DNA of 64,000 nucleotides from Fistulifera solaris. Its lineage: Eukaryota. The notes under the pieces were generated by a model. The model was not told where the DNA came from. It saw only the letters and a program-made list of their open reading frames with translations, and searched no databases. Each line of letters opens with the position of its first letter. Position 1 is the stretch's first letter. The position numbers and the translations under genes are program-made. This document shows, piece after piece, positions 25,039 to 37,606 of the stretch. The DNA is taken from positions 1,674,001-1,738,000 of the forward strand of contig AP026123.1 of the NCBI GenBank assembly GCA_030295235.1. Direction: 5' to 3'.

Positions 25039-25373
25039 AGAGCTACCAATCAGGCCTGCTCATGGATGCTGGTTTAAGATCGGCTAAAAATAGCAAATTT
25101 ATCATTTTGCAAAGTAGTTTGGAGTAGTATACAGAACGACGTCTACCCCAAACAGCAACGAAGGATCGGTTTCTTGCTCCAAATATCAGGTTGATAACAG
25201 CGACTGTGCAGCACATTTCATTACAAAAGACGTCACTTTCGTAGCTTTCAAGAATTGAAAAGTAGAATAGGTTGTGCATTATGCCATTACCTGCTCTACA
25301 GTTCTTGAAAATGCATATCGATCAGATGCAACCATTAAGGGTGGATACCACAGCCTCGTGCACCATTCAAGTA

Positions 25374-25691
25374 TCAAGATATCGTCACTCTTCTGTTGCG
25401 AAGCTTCAAGATCCGAGAAGGGGCACGTCGAGACGGTTCGACTTTTCGGTTGTGCCTTTTCGACTTTGATTTCTTGCGCTTACGGTCCACAGCATCTTCC
25501 TCATCCAGTTCTTCTTGCAATCCGGCACTTCGCTTAAGATGAACCTGCCAGAGGGATTCGCCCACCGTGGTTTGGGGTTGGTGAATATGGCTGACCTCTC
25601 TGTCAATATCTTCGGGGGCGTCATTCATCCTGGAAAGATGAATCATAAATAACTCCTCGCCCAAGGTGGGCTTCTGCGGTGCTTCGCTCAT
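25374..25691 (-). CDS. Small hypothetical protein with internal repeat and basic tail
   Basis: ATG-initiated 105 aa ORF; TLGEELFMIHLSR and TVGESLWQVHLKR repeat. Confidence 0.6.
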   Translation of the reverse strand: MSEAPQKPTLGEELFMIHLSRMNDAPEDIDREVSHIHQPQTTVGESLWQVHLKRSAGLQEELDEEDAVDRKRKKSKSKRHNRKVEPSRRAPSRILKLRNRRVTIS

Positions 25692-26158
25692 GTTATACTC
25701 TTTTAAAATGTTTATTAATTACGAGTGAAAGATTGTATCCTGGATCTGTGACGAGGTAAATGAGCGTGATTGGCCCTTTGTTGCTGTTCTTTGACACCGC
25801 AAATTTTGACATCCATGATGGCGGAACGGGGGGAGTTGCACATCTGTACCGGTACTGTAGCTTACTGTACTTAAGAACACGAGTCTTTGTAACTCCCAGG
25901 AAAAGATGCGAACTCGAAAAACGCGAACGACGCTGCTTCTCTGACAAGACTCACTCAAAATGCAGTCCCGGATTTGAACAAAAAACTTCGATGGCGTCAT
26001 CGTTCGTTGCCATGCGTCCTTTTCGTGCAACTCAACCACCACCATGCGTCCTCATCTACTGATTATAGTTGTGCGACAAGGACTTCAACGTGCTTTACTA
26101 GAAGTCCGGATATTTCTTGAGACATACTGCTAGCAAGTTATCGGAAAGCTAACGAATA

Positions 26159-26977
26159 ATGTTGCACTTCAGGGCGTCTGCTGTTGCAATCTTTCTCCTT
26201 ATCGAGAAAGGAAGCTCATTTTGTCACCTTCGACGCGAAAGACCATTCATTTTCAAGTACGTTACCAGTCAAAACGAAGAAAAGTGTTTGCGCTAAAAGT
26301 TACTTATTCGATCATGTTTTTGCTTGCAGAAAACACACATCGGTGCGCACGATATTGCATCGACAGGAGTCCGTATGAATAGCCTTTTATTGGCTTCAGA
26401 AGAAGGCGAGTCATCTCTTAGTGACATGCTGGCCGATGCGGTGAAGTTAACACAAGACACGAATACTGTCGAACTTGGAAATCAAGCCAATTTACAAATT
26501 TCTTCGGTACGTTCGTTGTGACAAATTGGTTTTAGTTGGGTCTATTGCTTCCACTGATACTTCGTTTTCTAATATTACGCACAGGATTTGATTGTTCCTT
26601 TCGTCGGAGGTGTCGGCATAGTGGTCTTAGGAGTTATATTGTCCTCTTTGGTTTCTGGTACACAATCGAAAGGTAAAGCTACCCCTGTCTCTGGGTCAAA
26701 GGCTGCTGCCAAGCAAGCGCCAGTAGAACTAAATCCAGTTTCGGAAGCATCATTTACGGAAAAAGCCTGTGATCTCTCTATTCCTTACGATGCAGCCGCA
26801 CGACTCGCTTACAAAAACATGCTTCGACAACAAGGCAAGACACCTCAGTTCTTCTTTTCAGATATTGTTATTGACGAAGCAAAATTTGCTCAGTTCAAAG
26901 TTACGTATGAAGAAGAGGCAGTCAAGCAAGTGATGCAGAAGAAGCAAGCTCGCGAACGCGAGCTAGCTCTCAAATAA
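26159..26977 (+). CDS. Putative plastid-targeted single-TM hypothetical protein
   Basis: Signal-like MLHFRASAVAIFLLIEKGSSF; introns 26257-26329 (needs a one-base correction) and 26507-26584 (in phase); TM helix; DLSIPYDAAARLAY motif. Confidence 0.6.
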
Positions 26978-27798
26978 GCTGACGGTTGACTCTCAACACT
27001 ACTACATGGTTGTTTCATTCTTGCATTACGCTAGTGCAGATTCCCTAGTTTTTTTATCGTAAATAGCCGAATATTAGATGGGATGTTTACAGCAAACGCA
27101 GGCGACCATTATCCAATCAGAAATATAATATCTACCCAATACTGCATGACGCGACGTAGCAAAACAGAATCATCGATTCCAGCAAGTGAACGGCGCATTG
27201 AAGAAAGAAGAAAAAAAATTGAGTCATCATTCGGGAGAATGCGCAATGGACTGCCACCGACCAACAAAGCGTTTCAGGTTGATTGTTGCCAGTTCAAATT
27301 CTGTCACTTTCGTTCGTCATTCTCTGTATTTGTCATTAGTTGTAAGGGAGCAGGGAAAGCATGTCTCCCATCTTCAATATGATTGGTTGACAACTAAATG
27401 CACTTCAACCCCTTTGGATTTTAGCATGGATCTGCGTCCTCGGGAACGAATTAAGCGGTACAACACGAAAACGATTAGCGCATGAGTGGTAGCTGCTCTA
27501 TGATCTAGGATGTTCTTGCATGAACCTCTTCCTACCAGGCTTGGGCTAAACGAAAACATCTTGTTCCTGCATTCTCTAGGATGTACTATGAAGAGCGCAT
27601 TATGCGCTAGCCATATGTTTCTTGTAGGAAAGGCTCTTCTTGACTTATATTTTACTATCTTGACCTTGCCTTGGCCTTGCTTGTAAACTACTGCACTTAA
27701 CAACAACGACTTTTAAAACATTCACTTCAACTGAGGCATCCGAATTCGTGAAATAGTTCGTGAAATAGACAACAACTGGTAGACGCCAATTCATCACT

Positions 27799-28632
27799 CT
27801 AAACCGAGTCCGATGACGACTTGTTACCTTCTCCTTCTTCGCGTCCATCGTTCTTCGTGGGATCGTCGCGTTCACGCTGCTTGTGTCGTTCAAAGGAAGA
27901 CGATCGGCCGCGTCGTTCGGACGATCCTCCCCGATTGTGCTGATTCACCACGCGACCACGCATTTCGTTCGGGGTCTTGCGGCGCTCTTGGGCAAAGACA
28001 ACTTCCAGCTCGCGCCCGCGGATCACAAAACGATCCATTTCATCGCGCGCTTCCGCCGCTAGAGCCGCGGTAGCGTACTCGATGAAAGCAAAACCTTTGG
28101 GCTGCTGCGAGTGGTAGTCACGGGGAATATAAACATCCCGGATTTCACCTATTCGCCCAAAGGCGCTTTGAAGATCTTGAGTGGTAATGTCCGGGGATAC
28201 ATTTCGTATCAGAAGACTGACACCGGGAGGTCCTTCATCTCTTCTTCTCTCTCCGCGGTCTCGTCGTCGCGGAGGACCCGGTGGTCCACCATGATGAGGA
28301 GGAGGAGGACCGCGATAGTAGGGATCGGCATACGGTGGAGGAGGACCGTAATCACGATGCCGGTGATCGTCGTGATACGGAGGGTAACGATAATCTCGAG
28401 GAGGAGGCCCGCGATAGCGATCGTCGCGATATCTCCGACTATCCGGCGAAGGCGAGTAGGAACGATACCGCCGAGGACTGCGGGATCGAGAGCGTCCGCG
28501 GCGCCGATCGGGCGATCTCGACCACGAGCGACTGCGTCGACGTCGGCGATGGCGGTCGCTGTCACGATCCTCGCGATCACGCGGCGGAGGGCCGCTCGGC
28601 GGTTCCTCATCGCGGTCTTGATACGAAGACAT
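27799..28632 (-). CDS. SR-family splicing factor (SC35-like/SCL), single RRM
   Basis: RS dipeptides; SLLIRN, RDVYIPRDY, KGFAFIEY and FAQERRKTPNEMR. Confidence 0.92.
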   Translation of the reverse strand: MSSYQDRDEEPPSGPPPRDREDRDSDRHRRRRRSRSWSRSPDRRRGRSRSRSPRRYRSYSPSPDSRRYRDDRYRGPPPRDYRYPPYHDDHRHRDYGPPPPYADPYYRGPPPPHHGGPPGPPRRRDRGERRRDEGPPGVSLLIRNVSPDITTQDLQSAFGRIGEIRDVYIPRDYHSQQPKGFAFIEYATAALAAEARDEMDRFVIRGRELEVVFAQERRKTPNEMRGRVVNQHNRGGSSERRGRSSSFERHKQRERDDPTKNDGREEGEGNKSSSDSV

Positions 28633-29218
28633 GTTGAGTTCAAATAAAGGTCTTTCTTATTATCAAATAGTTGTAATATTCGACTTTAAACTCAACTCGG
28701 TCAAGAGAAGAGACCTTTGGCCATGGCAACACTCGCGGTGATGATGCGTTGCTCTATTACGCTGCAGCGATGCTGAGGTCCAAAGGATCAAGCAAAGGAT
28801 CGCGCACCTCTGCCGCGGACGGCGGAGAAATTTTGAGATCGTTCGCAATGCGCGCGCATGCGTGCGTGGAGCGTCGGTACACTTCTGTCTAGAGTACAGG
28901 TACGACCAGTATACGTAGAAGATGTCACGTGTCACGCCGTCACGCCTTAACAGTACTATGAGGCAGCAGTATTGATTAATCTTGTTGCGATACGATATGA
29001 CGAGTTCTATATAGTGGTAATGGTACCGGTCATCAAACACAGCATCTAATTGAAGAACTTGAATTTTTCGACTTGAATGAAGACCCGAAAAGTCAACGGA
29101 CGAGATCTTTGATCAACGGACGAAGTCCCCCGCGCCAAAAAAATAAGATGATTGACGATGATGTTGCGGGCAAAGACTGGTCTTTACTTTCATCATAACA
29201 TTCAAAACGACAATCACC

Positions 29219-30130
29219 ATGAGTCAAGGCTATCTAAATCGTAACGTTTTTGAGCGTCTCTATAGTACGCAGACGGTTGCTTCTAGCAGGAAGCAAGAAA
29301 TAGCGTCGGCGAATGTCGCGAAGCCAAAATCAAAGCACACCGCTGAAATCAATCCCAATTCCCGTCTTTTCGCTAGTACAGAAGCGTACAAACACAAACA
29401 CGACGATCCACTCCATGCTGGAGAAAACACAGTGCCTTCTCGGAAAACGACAACACACAAACGTGCTGGAAAACCGCCGGCAGCTCGTCGATTACCGGAA
29501 AAATCACCACCGGCGAAAACCCCTGCTGGGAAAGTAATGACCAAAGCCACCCCGTCCTCGTCTCGTTCGACCAACAATAAGACGCCACTATTCTCCCCTC
29601 AGGCATCTGTGGCACCACAAACGCCCGCCTCGGCATCGACCCCGAATACCGTGCAGAGCACACCTTCGACCGTTCACGATGATGCCACCGCACTCCCCAC
29701 TTTGGAGGATTTGGTCGATATGATTGAAATTCCCATAGAAGAAAAAGTCACCGCGCTTTTTCACAGCATCGGTGCGGTGGAACTGAACGATCTCGTGCAC
29801 GAACTCGAACACCGCTATCCGGACCTCTGCACCTCGACAGCGGTGCACAACTATACACAGCGTTCCGACCGTCCGACCGGATCGCTGGAATTGGCGGAGT
29901 TCCGGTACTTCCTTCTCTTTCTCGTGTACTTTCATATTCTGTACGACGACTTTGTGTTCATCGATGATGATGATCTACGCATTTCGAAGGGTGAATTTGA
30001 GCCCGTAGCGGAACGCTTACACCTATTTGACGATTGGGAGGCTGCCTATGCGGAAATGGATGAAGAACAGGAAGGCTATATCATGTTTGATGCCCTGTGT
30101 GCGAAATGTGCCCGAAATAAGCTCGTGTAA
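29219..30130 (+). CDS. EF-hand protein with calflagin-like C-terminal domain
   Basis: LELAEFRYFLLFLVYF..IDDDDLRISKGEF..MDEEQEGYIMFD; basic Pro/Thr-rich N-terminus. Confidence 0.75.
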   Translation: MSQGYLNRNVFERLYSTQTVASSRKQEIASANVAKPKSKHTAEINPNSRLFASTEAYKHKHDDPLHAGENTVPSRKTTTHKRAGKPPAARRLPEKSPPAKTPAGKVMTKATPSSSRSTNNKTPLFSPQASVAPQTPASASTPNTVQSTPSTVHDDATALPTLEDLVDMIEIPIEEKVTALFHSIGAVELNDLVHELEHRYPDLCTSTAVHNYTQRSDRPTGSLELAEFRYFLLFLVYFHILYDDFVFIDDDDLRISKGEFEPVAERLHLFDDWEAAYAEMDEEQEGYIMFDALCAKCARNKLV

Positions 30131-30647
30131 CTTTGTCAGAAACGACCATGACGCGCCCGAGTACGTATACTGCTATGCCATTCCTCAGCTTCTTCAATTT
30201 AGTCAAAGAACAAGACCAGTGCACACGTTCATAATGAGGCCCAATTCATGCAACCGAATAGGTTGCGTTGCGGTTTAGGTTTTATCCCGTATAAAGTAAA
30301 CTAGTTTGATGTCGACGACGCAGTAAACGTGTCTTGCACCTTGCACTACAGATAATATCTTTCTGTGATAGCAGTAAATAAAAACCATTAGAACTGGTTG
30401 TTCTTTACAAAATGAAATCTAAGTTGCGCTTAGTCGACGTAAACGAGATTAACTCACTCTCTTGCGGTGACCTTAGATTTTGCCACTTTCCGTTGGAGTG
30501 TCGAAAATCGTCGAGGTGCGAACACCGCGAGGTTCTCGACCGACAAAAAAACTCTTTATAAGAATCATCATCATTCAAAGATACCGACTCAAGAGAGATC
30601 AGTGAATAAAGAAAGGTTCAATTGTATATCTTTTGTCTTCATGCACA

Positions 30648-32321
30648 ATGGAGATTTCCCCAGTTCTACAAAAGGATGACTTAGAACGGTTACATGGTTA
30701 TTTACGCCGTGATGTATACGAGCGTCTTTACAACACGCCGACTACCGCCAGCAAAATGGGCCGATGTTCGTCCTCGAGTGCGAGAACACCATCCTCGACG
30801 GGGGATATCTTAATAATACCTGCGGCGTCGTCCTCTCCTGAAAAATTTTTTAATTCCGAAAGCCAGCTTTCGCCCGCTTATCAAACTCCGAAAGAGTCTG
30901 CGAGGCGGCAGGTCAACCCTTTCGATTTGTATAGTGACCGTGACGAAATACCTCCCACCACGAAAAAGCAGGCCTTCTCTTCTAGCAATTTGCAAAAGGC
31001 GAATCATTCGGTTGTTTCTCCCGACTTGGTACAAGATTTCCCTGCAACTATGACAGCTTCGCACAAAAGGCTGTGGCTGCACCAGCTCGTGCGAAATCAC
31101 CCTTGCCGTCAAACGACAGCTATTTACCAGCGAAACTCCAACCCGCTCTAATCGCAGTACAACGAAAAATCACCGTTTTCCACAGCGAGGCCGACCGACA
31201 CCGAATCGCTTGCTCCAAAGAATGTCGCCCATTGCGAAGGAAAGGCTGGTGGCGGAGCAAACGAAAACACGTGCCGGCATAGCTGCTGCGGCCATTAAGG
31301 GTGTCAAAAATTTCTTTGAAAACATCGAACAAGAGGAAATATCACTTGATGAAATTAGTGAGGTGATCAAAGAGCTGTACCCGGACCTCGATTGTCATGC
31401 GTTAGCTCTCCTTGCGTACGAGTCCCTGCAGTCAAATAATCGAGATGGCCTTGTGGATCTCGCAGAATTCCAGCAATTCATTCATTTTCTGGCTTTCTTT
31501 AACGGTGTATGGAAAGATGTTGTGTATTGGGATCATAGATTTGGACTGAGTGTTCGGAAAAAGGATTTCGTGATCGTTGCGCAAAAGCTGGGTCTCTTCA
31601 ACAACCCGTTGGAAACCTTTTCCGAGCTTGACACAGAGGGTCGCGGTCGTATTCTTTACAACCAGTTTTGTACGTTATGTGCTAGTAAAAGGCTTCAGAC
31701 GAAGGAATGGAACATTACGCGGGATGAGCATGAAGCTAAAGAAGTTGCTCAGCCATCAGATGTCAAACAAGAAGCTAGCAAAGGTATGAATAGCAAAGGC
31801 GGCTTGTGTTTATCGCAAAATAATTTTGTGTTCTCACATCCACTCCAGTCAACCTGGCCCCGATCCAAGAAATCCTTCGGATGTTTGATTCCAACTTCGT
31901 GCCGACGAAGGAAACAGTACTCGACCTTTTTCGCAGAATAGACGTTCATGACAGTGGAAAGTTGAAGTTTTCGGATATTGAGAAAGGCTTTGACTTGACA
32001 CATGTACCATCTGCGAGCAAACCACTTGCCCTCGGCGTATATGCCACGTCGGATTGGGGAGAAAAAGAAGTGTTTGACCCTGACAGTTTCTATCTATTCG
32101 TTCTCTTTCTAGTGTACTTTAACAACTTGTGGGATTATTTCGGATTTTCCGGCAAGAAACATCTACGTGTTCCAAAGAGACGTTTTATCCGAGCCGCTCC
32201 TAAATTGGGATTATTTCACGACCCAGAGGATGATTATGATTTAATGGACAAACTGGATCAAGGCTTCATTTCTTTTCAGGACCTTTGTATCGTTTGCGCG
32301 CGGCGTCGAGCAAAACAATGA
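30648..32321 (+). CDS. Paralogous EF-hand protein with two calflagin-like domains
   Basis: Shared GYLxRxV(F/Y)ERLYxTxTxAS motif; intron 31784-31848 in phase; indel near 31065. Confidence 0.75.
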
Positions 32322-32962
32322 TAGACTTAGAGCGTGAGCTAAAATACAGATGATATAAAGCTAGACCGAAGTTACACCAAGCATGATAAGAAAATGTTTC
32401 GATTTTACGCTCTGTAATGACCTTATTAGCTTTTGTCCAAGCCGAAAGCTAATAAAACGATAGACGCACAACAAAAAATGAGCAGAGATTAGTATCGTTA
32501 TTACTGTTGTGCTCATTGCTGATTTCTGGTTACGTGTTTCATAAACCTACTGAATATTTTATACCCGTCTGCGAAATGCAAACACACAGCAAGAAACAAC
32601 TAACACCAACTTTCTGGATCATCGGTGACCTTTCTGAAAGGCAGATAGAATCGAATTTTGATTGGTTAGTTCCTTGTTTGCCACTACTAATTTTCAACAC
32701 TGCAGAGAGGACGTAATGTGATTGGCTGGAAGACAGAATGCGGAAACATGGTTCGGAAATGAGTATGCTTGTAACTTGTACAAAGTTGCTGACTGCGACT
32801 TGCGGATCATCCACATTGCACAGCACCACACCTTGCACTTCCGATAATTTCGCATTCCGATCCAAGTGCTAAAGTCCCAACCTTTCGCTGTATACCTTGT
32901 CAGCAGATCTTCTCATTCTTCGCAGCTTTACTTATTTGCTAATATACTGGAGCAAATCAAGC

Positions 32963-34245
32963 ATGTTTGATGTTGACGAAGCTGTTGCTGTGAAAGTCCT
33001 CTTGGGGCTAAACTCCGCTGCCGTTGCCAACTTCCCGACGGTACCGGTGAAAAAACCGGACCGCCAACGACGTGGAGGTGAAAGAAGTACCTCGAAGCGG
33101 GCCCGTCAGTTGAAGCCAAAGGTTACGAAAAGAAAGAAGAAATCAGAGAAATCCGCTGAGTTAATCCATGAGAACTATTCCGCTCAAGCCCGAGTTGTTC
33201 AAGTTTGCAGCCCTTCAAATTTACGAATGGACCAGTACGTAGGGTGCAGGACCTTTTCAGTAATCTAGACTTCTTGGGACTAACCTTTCTTTTTCTTCCG
33301 TGCATTAAAAGGAGCTCTTACAAGGACTATTCTTTGGTACAGGGCAAAGATGAATACGAAATGCCATCGAAAGTCGAAGACATGAACTTTGGAGAGAAGC
33401 TTCATCACATTCTCTCTGAGCCCAAGTATTCCACTTTCATCGCCTGGGAGCCTCACGGGCGTGCATTTCGTATCCTTGTTCCCCGTCAGCTTGAAGAGCA
33501 AAAGATCTTGCATCGTTATTTCGGCCACAATCTCTTCTCCACGTTCTTGAGTCAGCTTCGGAGCAATGGTCTGAAGCCGTTGGTAAATAGCCGCAACAAA
33601 GGTTGCTACTATCACGAGGTAAGATGCAATCTAACTTTTCTTTATCTGTACTGCTACAATGTTTTCTTACCTTTTGAATGAATAAAGTGCATGCTCCGTG
33701 GCCTGCCTCACCTTTGCAGATACATGTATGGCATCAAGGAAGGATCCAAGCTTGCTTCGGATCCGAATTTCGAGCCAGACTTTGACGCCATCAGCGCAAA
33801 ATGGCCCCTTCCTCTGGAGTCATCGGGTCCAGCAACGCCTGTTTCGTCGTCACCGGCACAACCAACTTCAGCAAATGCGACTCCTCCGCCAGACTGCCCG
33901 ATGCAAGGTGGCTTCGAAACAGCTCAGACTCTCGTGCCACCTCTTGTGTCGCCTACTTACAGCACTTCTCTCAATGAGAATACAGCTCCACCGCAGTCAT
34001 CGCATTTATTGGCCTTCTTGCAAGATCAGAGAAACTCAAACAAGCAACCCATTCAGCCGATCGGAATGGAATACCAAATGGCGCTCCTACTCTCCAACCC
34101 AAGCCTCCTTGTCCAGCTGGCCCAGCAACAGGCGATGATAACTTCGCCACCAGCGCAGAGTCACCTCATCGACACCACCACTCTTCTCCCCCCTGGCGCT
34201 GGGCATTGTATCCGGACAAGCTGGAACAACTCTGCCTGTCCGTAA
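32963..34245 (+). CDS. Heat shock factor-type transcription factor
   Basis: HSF DNA-binding domain FGEKLHHIL..IAWEPHGRAF..YYHE|CMLRGLPHL; introns 33235-33311 and 33619-33687; 3' end uncertain. Confidence 0.88.
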
Positions 34246-34419
34246 CCAGGATCCAGGACTTATGCTTTTTGAAACACTTTTGACGCAGCATAAGTTGAAT
34301 TCGACAAGTCATTGCACGCCGCAACAGACCCCTGCTATCCAAGTCACTCCTAACCCAGCAAGAAACCACATTATCGCCAGCTTTTCTACCGCACCTAACG
34401 GAGTCTAACCTCTTGACTA

Positions 34420-35625
34420 TTAATAGTCTTGTTTTACAAGCTTAGCTATTGTTTGCAGTTGAATATTTGACGTTCCCTCGTAGATAGAACCAACCTTACA
34501 GTCTCTATAAAACTTCTCAACGAGCAAATCCCTGGTAAATCCGATCCCGCCCAGCCACTCAATACACTTACTCGCCGTCTTTTCGGCAACTTGGCTGGAA
34601 TATAATTTGGCCATGCAAGCTTCTTTGACAAAAGGCAATCCTGCCTCCTTCAATCGACACGCATTATACGTCATCGTTTCCGCTGCGTAAATCTCGGTAG
34701 CAGCCATGGCTACCTGATGCTGCATGGCCTGAAAATCACCAATTGCTTTACCAAACTGTTTTCGCTCTTGCAGGTAGGGCAATGTAATGTCGAAGCATCC
34801 TTTCGCAATCCCAATTTGTTGCGCAGCAATTCCAATTCGACCTTCATTGAGGATGTTGATACAGTACTTGTAACCCATACCTACATCTCCCAGGACATCG
34901 TTCGCGGCTACTTGCACATGATCCAGTATCAGCGGACAAGTGGAAGACGCCCGCAATCCCAGTTTGTTTTCCGGTTTCCCCACCGAGACCCCTTCTGTTT
35001 GGGCATCGACCATAAAAGCCGTAATGCCCTTGTATCCTTTTGAAGGGTCGGCATTGGCAAAGACCAAAAACACACCCGCGTGTTCCGCATTCGAAATCCA
35101 CATCTTGGTCCCATTCAATACGTAGGAACCATCCAAATTCAGTTGCGCCGTGGTTTGCATCGCAAAGGCATCACTCCCACTATCCGCTTCCGACAGACAA
35201 AACGCACTGACCGTGTCAGTCGCCAGCCGCGGCAACCATTTTTCTTGCAAGGCCGGTGATCCCCAAAATCGTACGGCATTGTTCGTCAAGGTATTTTGAA
35301 TATCGACCAGAATGGCGACGGACGGATCAATGCGAGCGATTTCTTCTACCACCAAGCACGCACTCGTAAACGAAAGGCCGGAACCATTGTGCGAAGGATC
35401 AATTTCCATGCCCATGAAACCATTTTGGAACAAGCTCGAAAGAATGGTAGGTGACAGTTGTGCGACATCGTCCATGGCACGGACGACCGGTTTTAGTTCG
35501 TTATTGGCCCACAGACGAGCACTCTCGCGGGTGAGTGTTTCGTCTTCGGAGAACACTGTCACGGGGGCGCGTTGAAACGACGAAGAGAGGGAGCGCCGCT
35601 GCGGGATGGAAAGGAATCGTTTCAT
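34420..35625 (-). CDS. ACADSB: Short/branched-chain acyl-CoA dehydrogenase, mitochondrial
   Basis: FCLSEADSGSDAF, KLGLRASSTC, LNEGRIGI and IYEGTSNIQL; presequence MKRFLS..RRSLSS. Confidence 0.95.
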   Translation of the reverse strand: MKRFLSIPQRRSLSSSFQRAPVTVFSEDETLTRESARLWANNELKPVVRAMDDVAQLSPTILSSLFQNGFMGMEIDPSHNGSGLSFTSACLVVEEIARIDPSVAILVDIQNTLTNNAVRFWGSPALQEKWLPRLATDTVSAFCLSEADSGSDAFAMQTTAQLNLDGSYVLNGTKMWISNAEHAGVFLVFANADPSKGYKGITAFMVDAQTEGVSVGKPENKLGLRASSTCPLILDHVQVAANDVLGDVGMGYKYCINILNEGRIGIAAQQIGIAKGCFDITLPYLQERKQFGKAIGDFQAMQHQVAMAATEIYAAETMTYNACRLKEAGLPFVKEACMAKLYSSQVAEKTASKCIEWLGGIGFTRDLLVEKFYRDCKVGSIYEGTSNIQLQTIAKLVKQDY

Positions 35626-36254
35626 TTTCTTTTTCTGGTAAAAAGGAAAGTATTGACGAGGAAGAAGATGATGCCTTTTCTGCTCTTTTTTATTTATTTA
35701 TTAAAAATAAAAAATGAGAACACAATGAAAAGAACATGGTGCCATTTTCGTTTTCGGATTTTCTGCGAAATGTTTCGCGGCTCGCGGCTCGCGGTGTCAC
35801 AACGTCTCATGACTGAAATCAAGTCACGGGAAATGTCGCGTAGCGTACACAAGCAGGAGGGAATTTCAACGCTAATTATCCATCAGTGCGTTGCTAAGGT
35901 CAAGGAATGACAGATAATAGCTGTCTCGAAACAAAGGGCCTTCATCGTGAGTTTGAGGAATGATTACACGAAAGTCTAAAGAAGAAAATGGATCAGATTG
36001 GTCTCGTTCCTCATGATTGAAATAAAGTCACGAGAAAAGGTCGTCTACATATTCGACTATAGTCAATCGAAGCAAGAGACCTTTGCTTACGTCATCGCTC
36101 ATCGACGACTTTTTCTCGCAATAAAAAATAAATTTTGCGCCTTTTCTCACACATTGTTATGAAATACTACGTAATGGCAGCTTGTTTATTAGCTATACTT
36201 CATAAGAATTAGATAGAACACATTGACCCTCGAAACAAAGAAACAGATTATAGA

Positions 36255-37424
36255 ATGAAAATTACATGCATCGCGATACATCTTCTGTTCATCAGTGCTG
36301 TCGAAGCATTTGTGGCGACTCCGCGAACGTCGAGTGTCACGCGAATTTACAGCAGCGTCGACGATGACAATAATAACCTCTCGGAAGCCGAACGAATGAA
36401 ACAAAAGGCTCAAGAATTGAGAGAACAGATTCGTAGTATGGAAGAGAAATTAGGTGCAGACCGTCGTCGCAATTACGACAGTCTGCAGACGGAAACAACA
36501 AATGCTAATGAACCGACGTTACGAAAAAAACGCGTACTTGTAGCCGGAGCCAACGGTCGATTGGGAAGCATGGTGTGTCGCTATTTACTACGGACGCATC
36601 CTGACACCGAAGTCGTGGCGGCGGTCCATGTGATCGGTGAAAACAGTCCCACATCCCGGGGATACGGTCGATTGAGTTACGAAGTCGGGGCCGAAGATGG
36701 GATCGGGCGCATCGGTGCCGCTTGGAGCAGTGAGGATCGCACGGCGACCTTTGAATATGATCCACAAGGTATGGAAGGTTACAATTTACAGAATCTTCGT
36801 CTCGTGGAATGTGAACTATTGGATCCCGTGCAGTGTCAGACGGTCGTGGAAGGGTGTGATGCGGTGATTTGGTGTGCCACAGATTTCAATGGCAATGCTC
36901 CTCGTGCTGTAGCGAGTCTCAACTTTGCTTTCTTATTCCGAGCCGTATCGCGACCTGCCAAAGGTCGAGTGGAAGTCGAGGGACTGGAAAACATGTTGGG
37001 TGCTTTGAAAGTGGCTCGGCAAGATGCGGAACGGAAAAGAAGATTGATCGGAGACTCCTCCCAAAACAACGATCCCATCAATTTCGTACATGTATCCATG
37101 GCACCGGGCACATATAGTGATTTTGAAACACCGTTTGGTTCGTTCTGGGGCATCAAATCGTCGGGCGAGAAAATAATACGAGAGGATTTTCCGAGTCTCA
37201 CAAGTACGATTTTGCAACTGTGCGAATACGACGATACCTTTGTCGAAGAAAACTTGGAGTTGCAGTACAAAGATGTGACATCGAATCCTTCGGAGGTAGA
37301 CGAAAAGAATAGAAGAAGGATCAATCGTCGAGACGCCGCTAGAGCAGCTGTAGATGCGCTTCTCAACAAAGACTTGATTGGGAAAACAGTGCAAGTATGG
37401 ACAGATTCAAAAGAATTATGGTGA
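36255..37424 (+). CDS. Plastid-targeted atypical SDR/NAD(P)-binding Rossmann protein
   Basis: Signal peptide ending AVEA-F; VLVAGANGRLG; INRRDAA. Confidence 0.8.
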   Translation: MKITCIAIHLLFISAVEAFVATPRTSSVTRIYSSVDDDNNNLSEAERMKQKAQELREQIRSMEEKLGADRRRNYDSLQTETTNANEPTLRKKRVLVAGANGRLGSMVCRYLLRTHPDTEVVAAVHVIGENSPTSRGYGRLSYEVGAEDGIGRIGAAWSSEDRTATFEYDPQGMEGYNLQNLRLVECELLDPVQCQTVVEGCDAVIWCATDFNGNAPRAVASLNFAFLFRAVSRPAKGRVEVEGLENMLGALKVARQDAERKRRLIGDSSQNNDPINFVHVSMAPGTYSDFETPFGSFWGIKSSGEKIIREDFPSLTSTILQLCEYDDTFVEENLELQYKDVTSNPSEVDEKNRRRINRRDAARAAVDALLNKDLIGKTVQVWTDSKELW

Positions 37425-37606
37425 GTTGTTAAATTACGCTGCAACTAATATTCTCAAACAATAGAAAGTTCTTTCAATGAATCTCGTATCATAGTGCTTG
37501 GAAGTTATAGAGATCGTTCCTTTCCGGCAAAATGTGTGTCGAAAGAATCTGACCTAGCAACGTTTCAGTGTGGTGGTCTTGATCAACGAGACAAATACTG
37601 TCCTCG

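Noticed and set aside
27725..27800. Box C/D snoRNA after the SR gene stop (GTGATGA on the minus strand)
   Set aside because: No box D or rRNA antisense element; only a 12 bp local duplication
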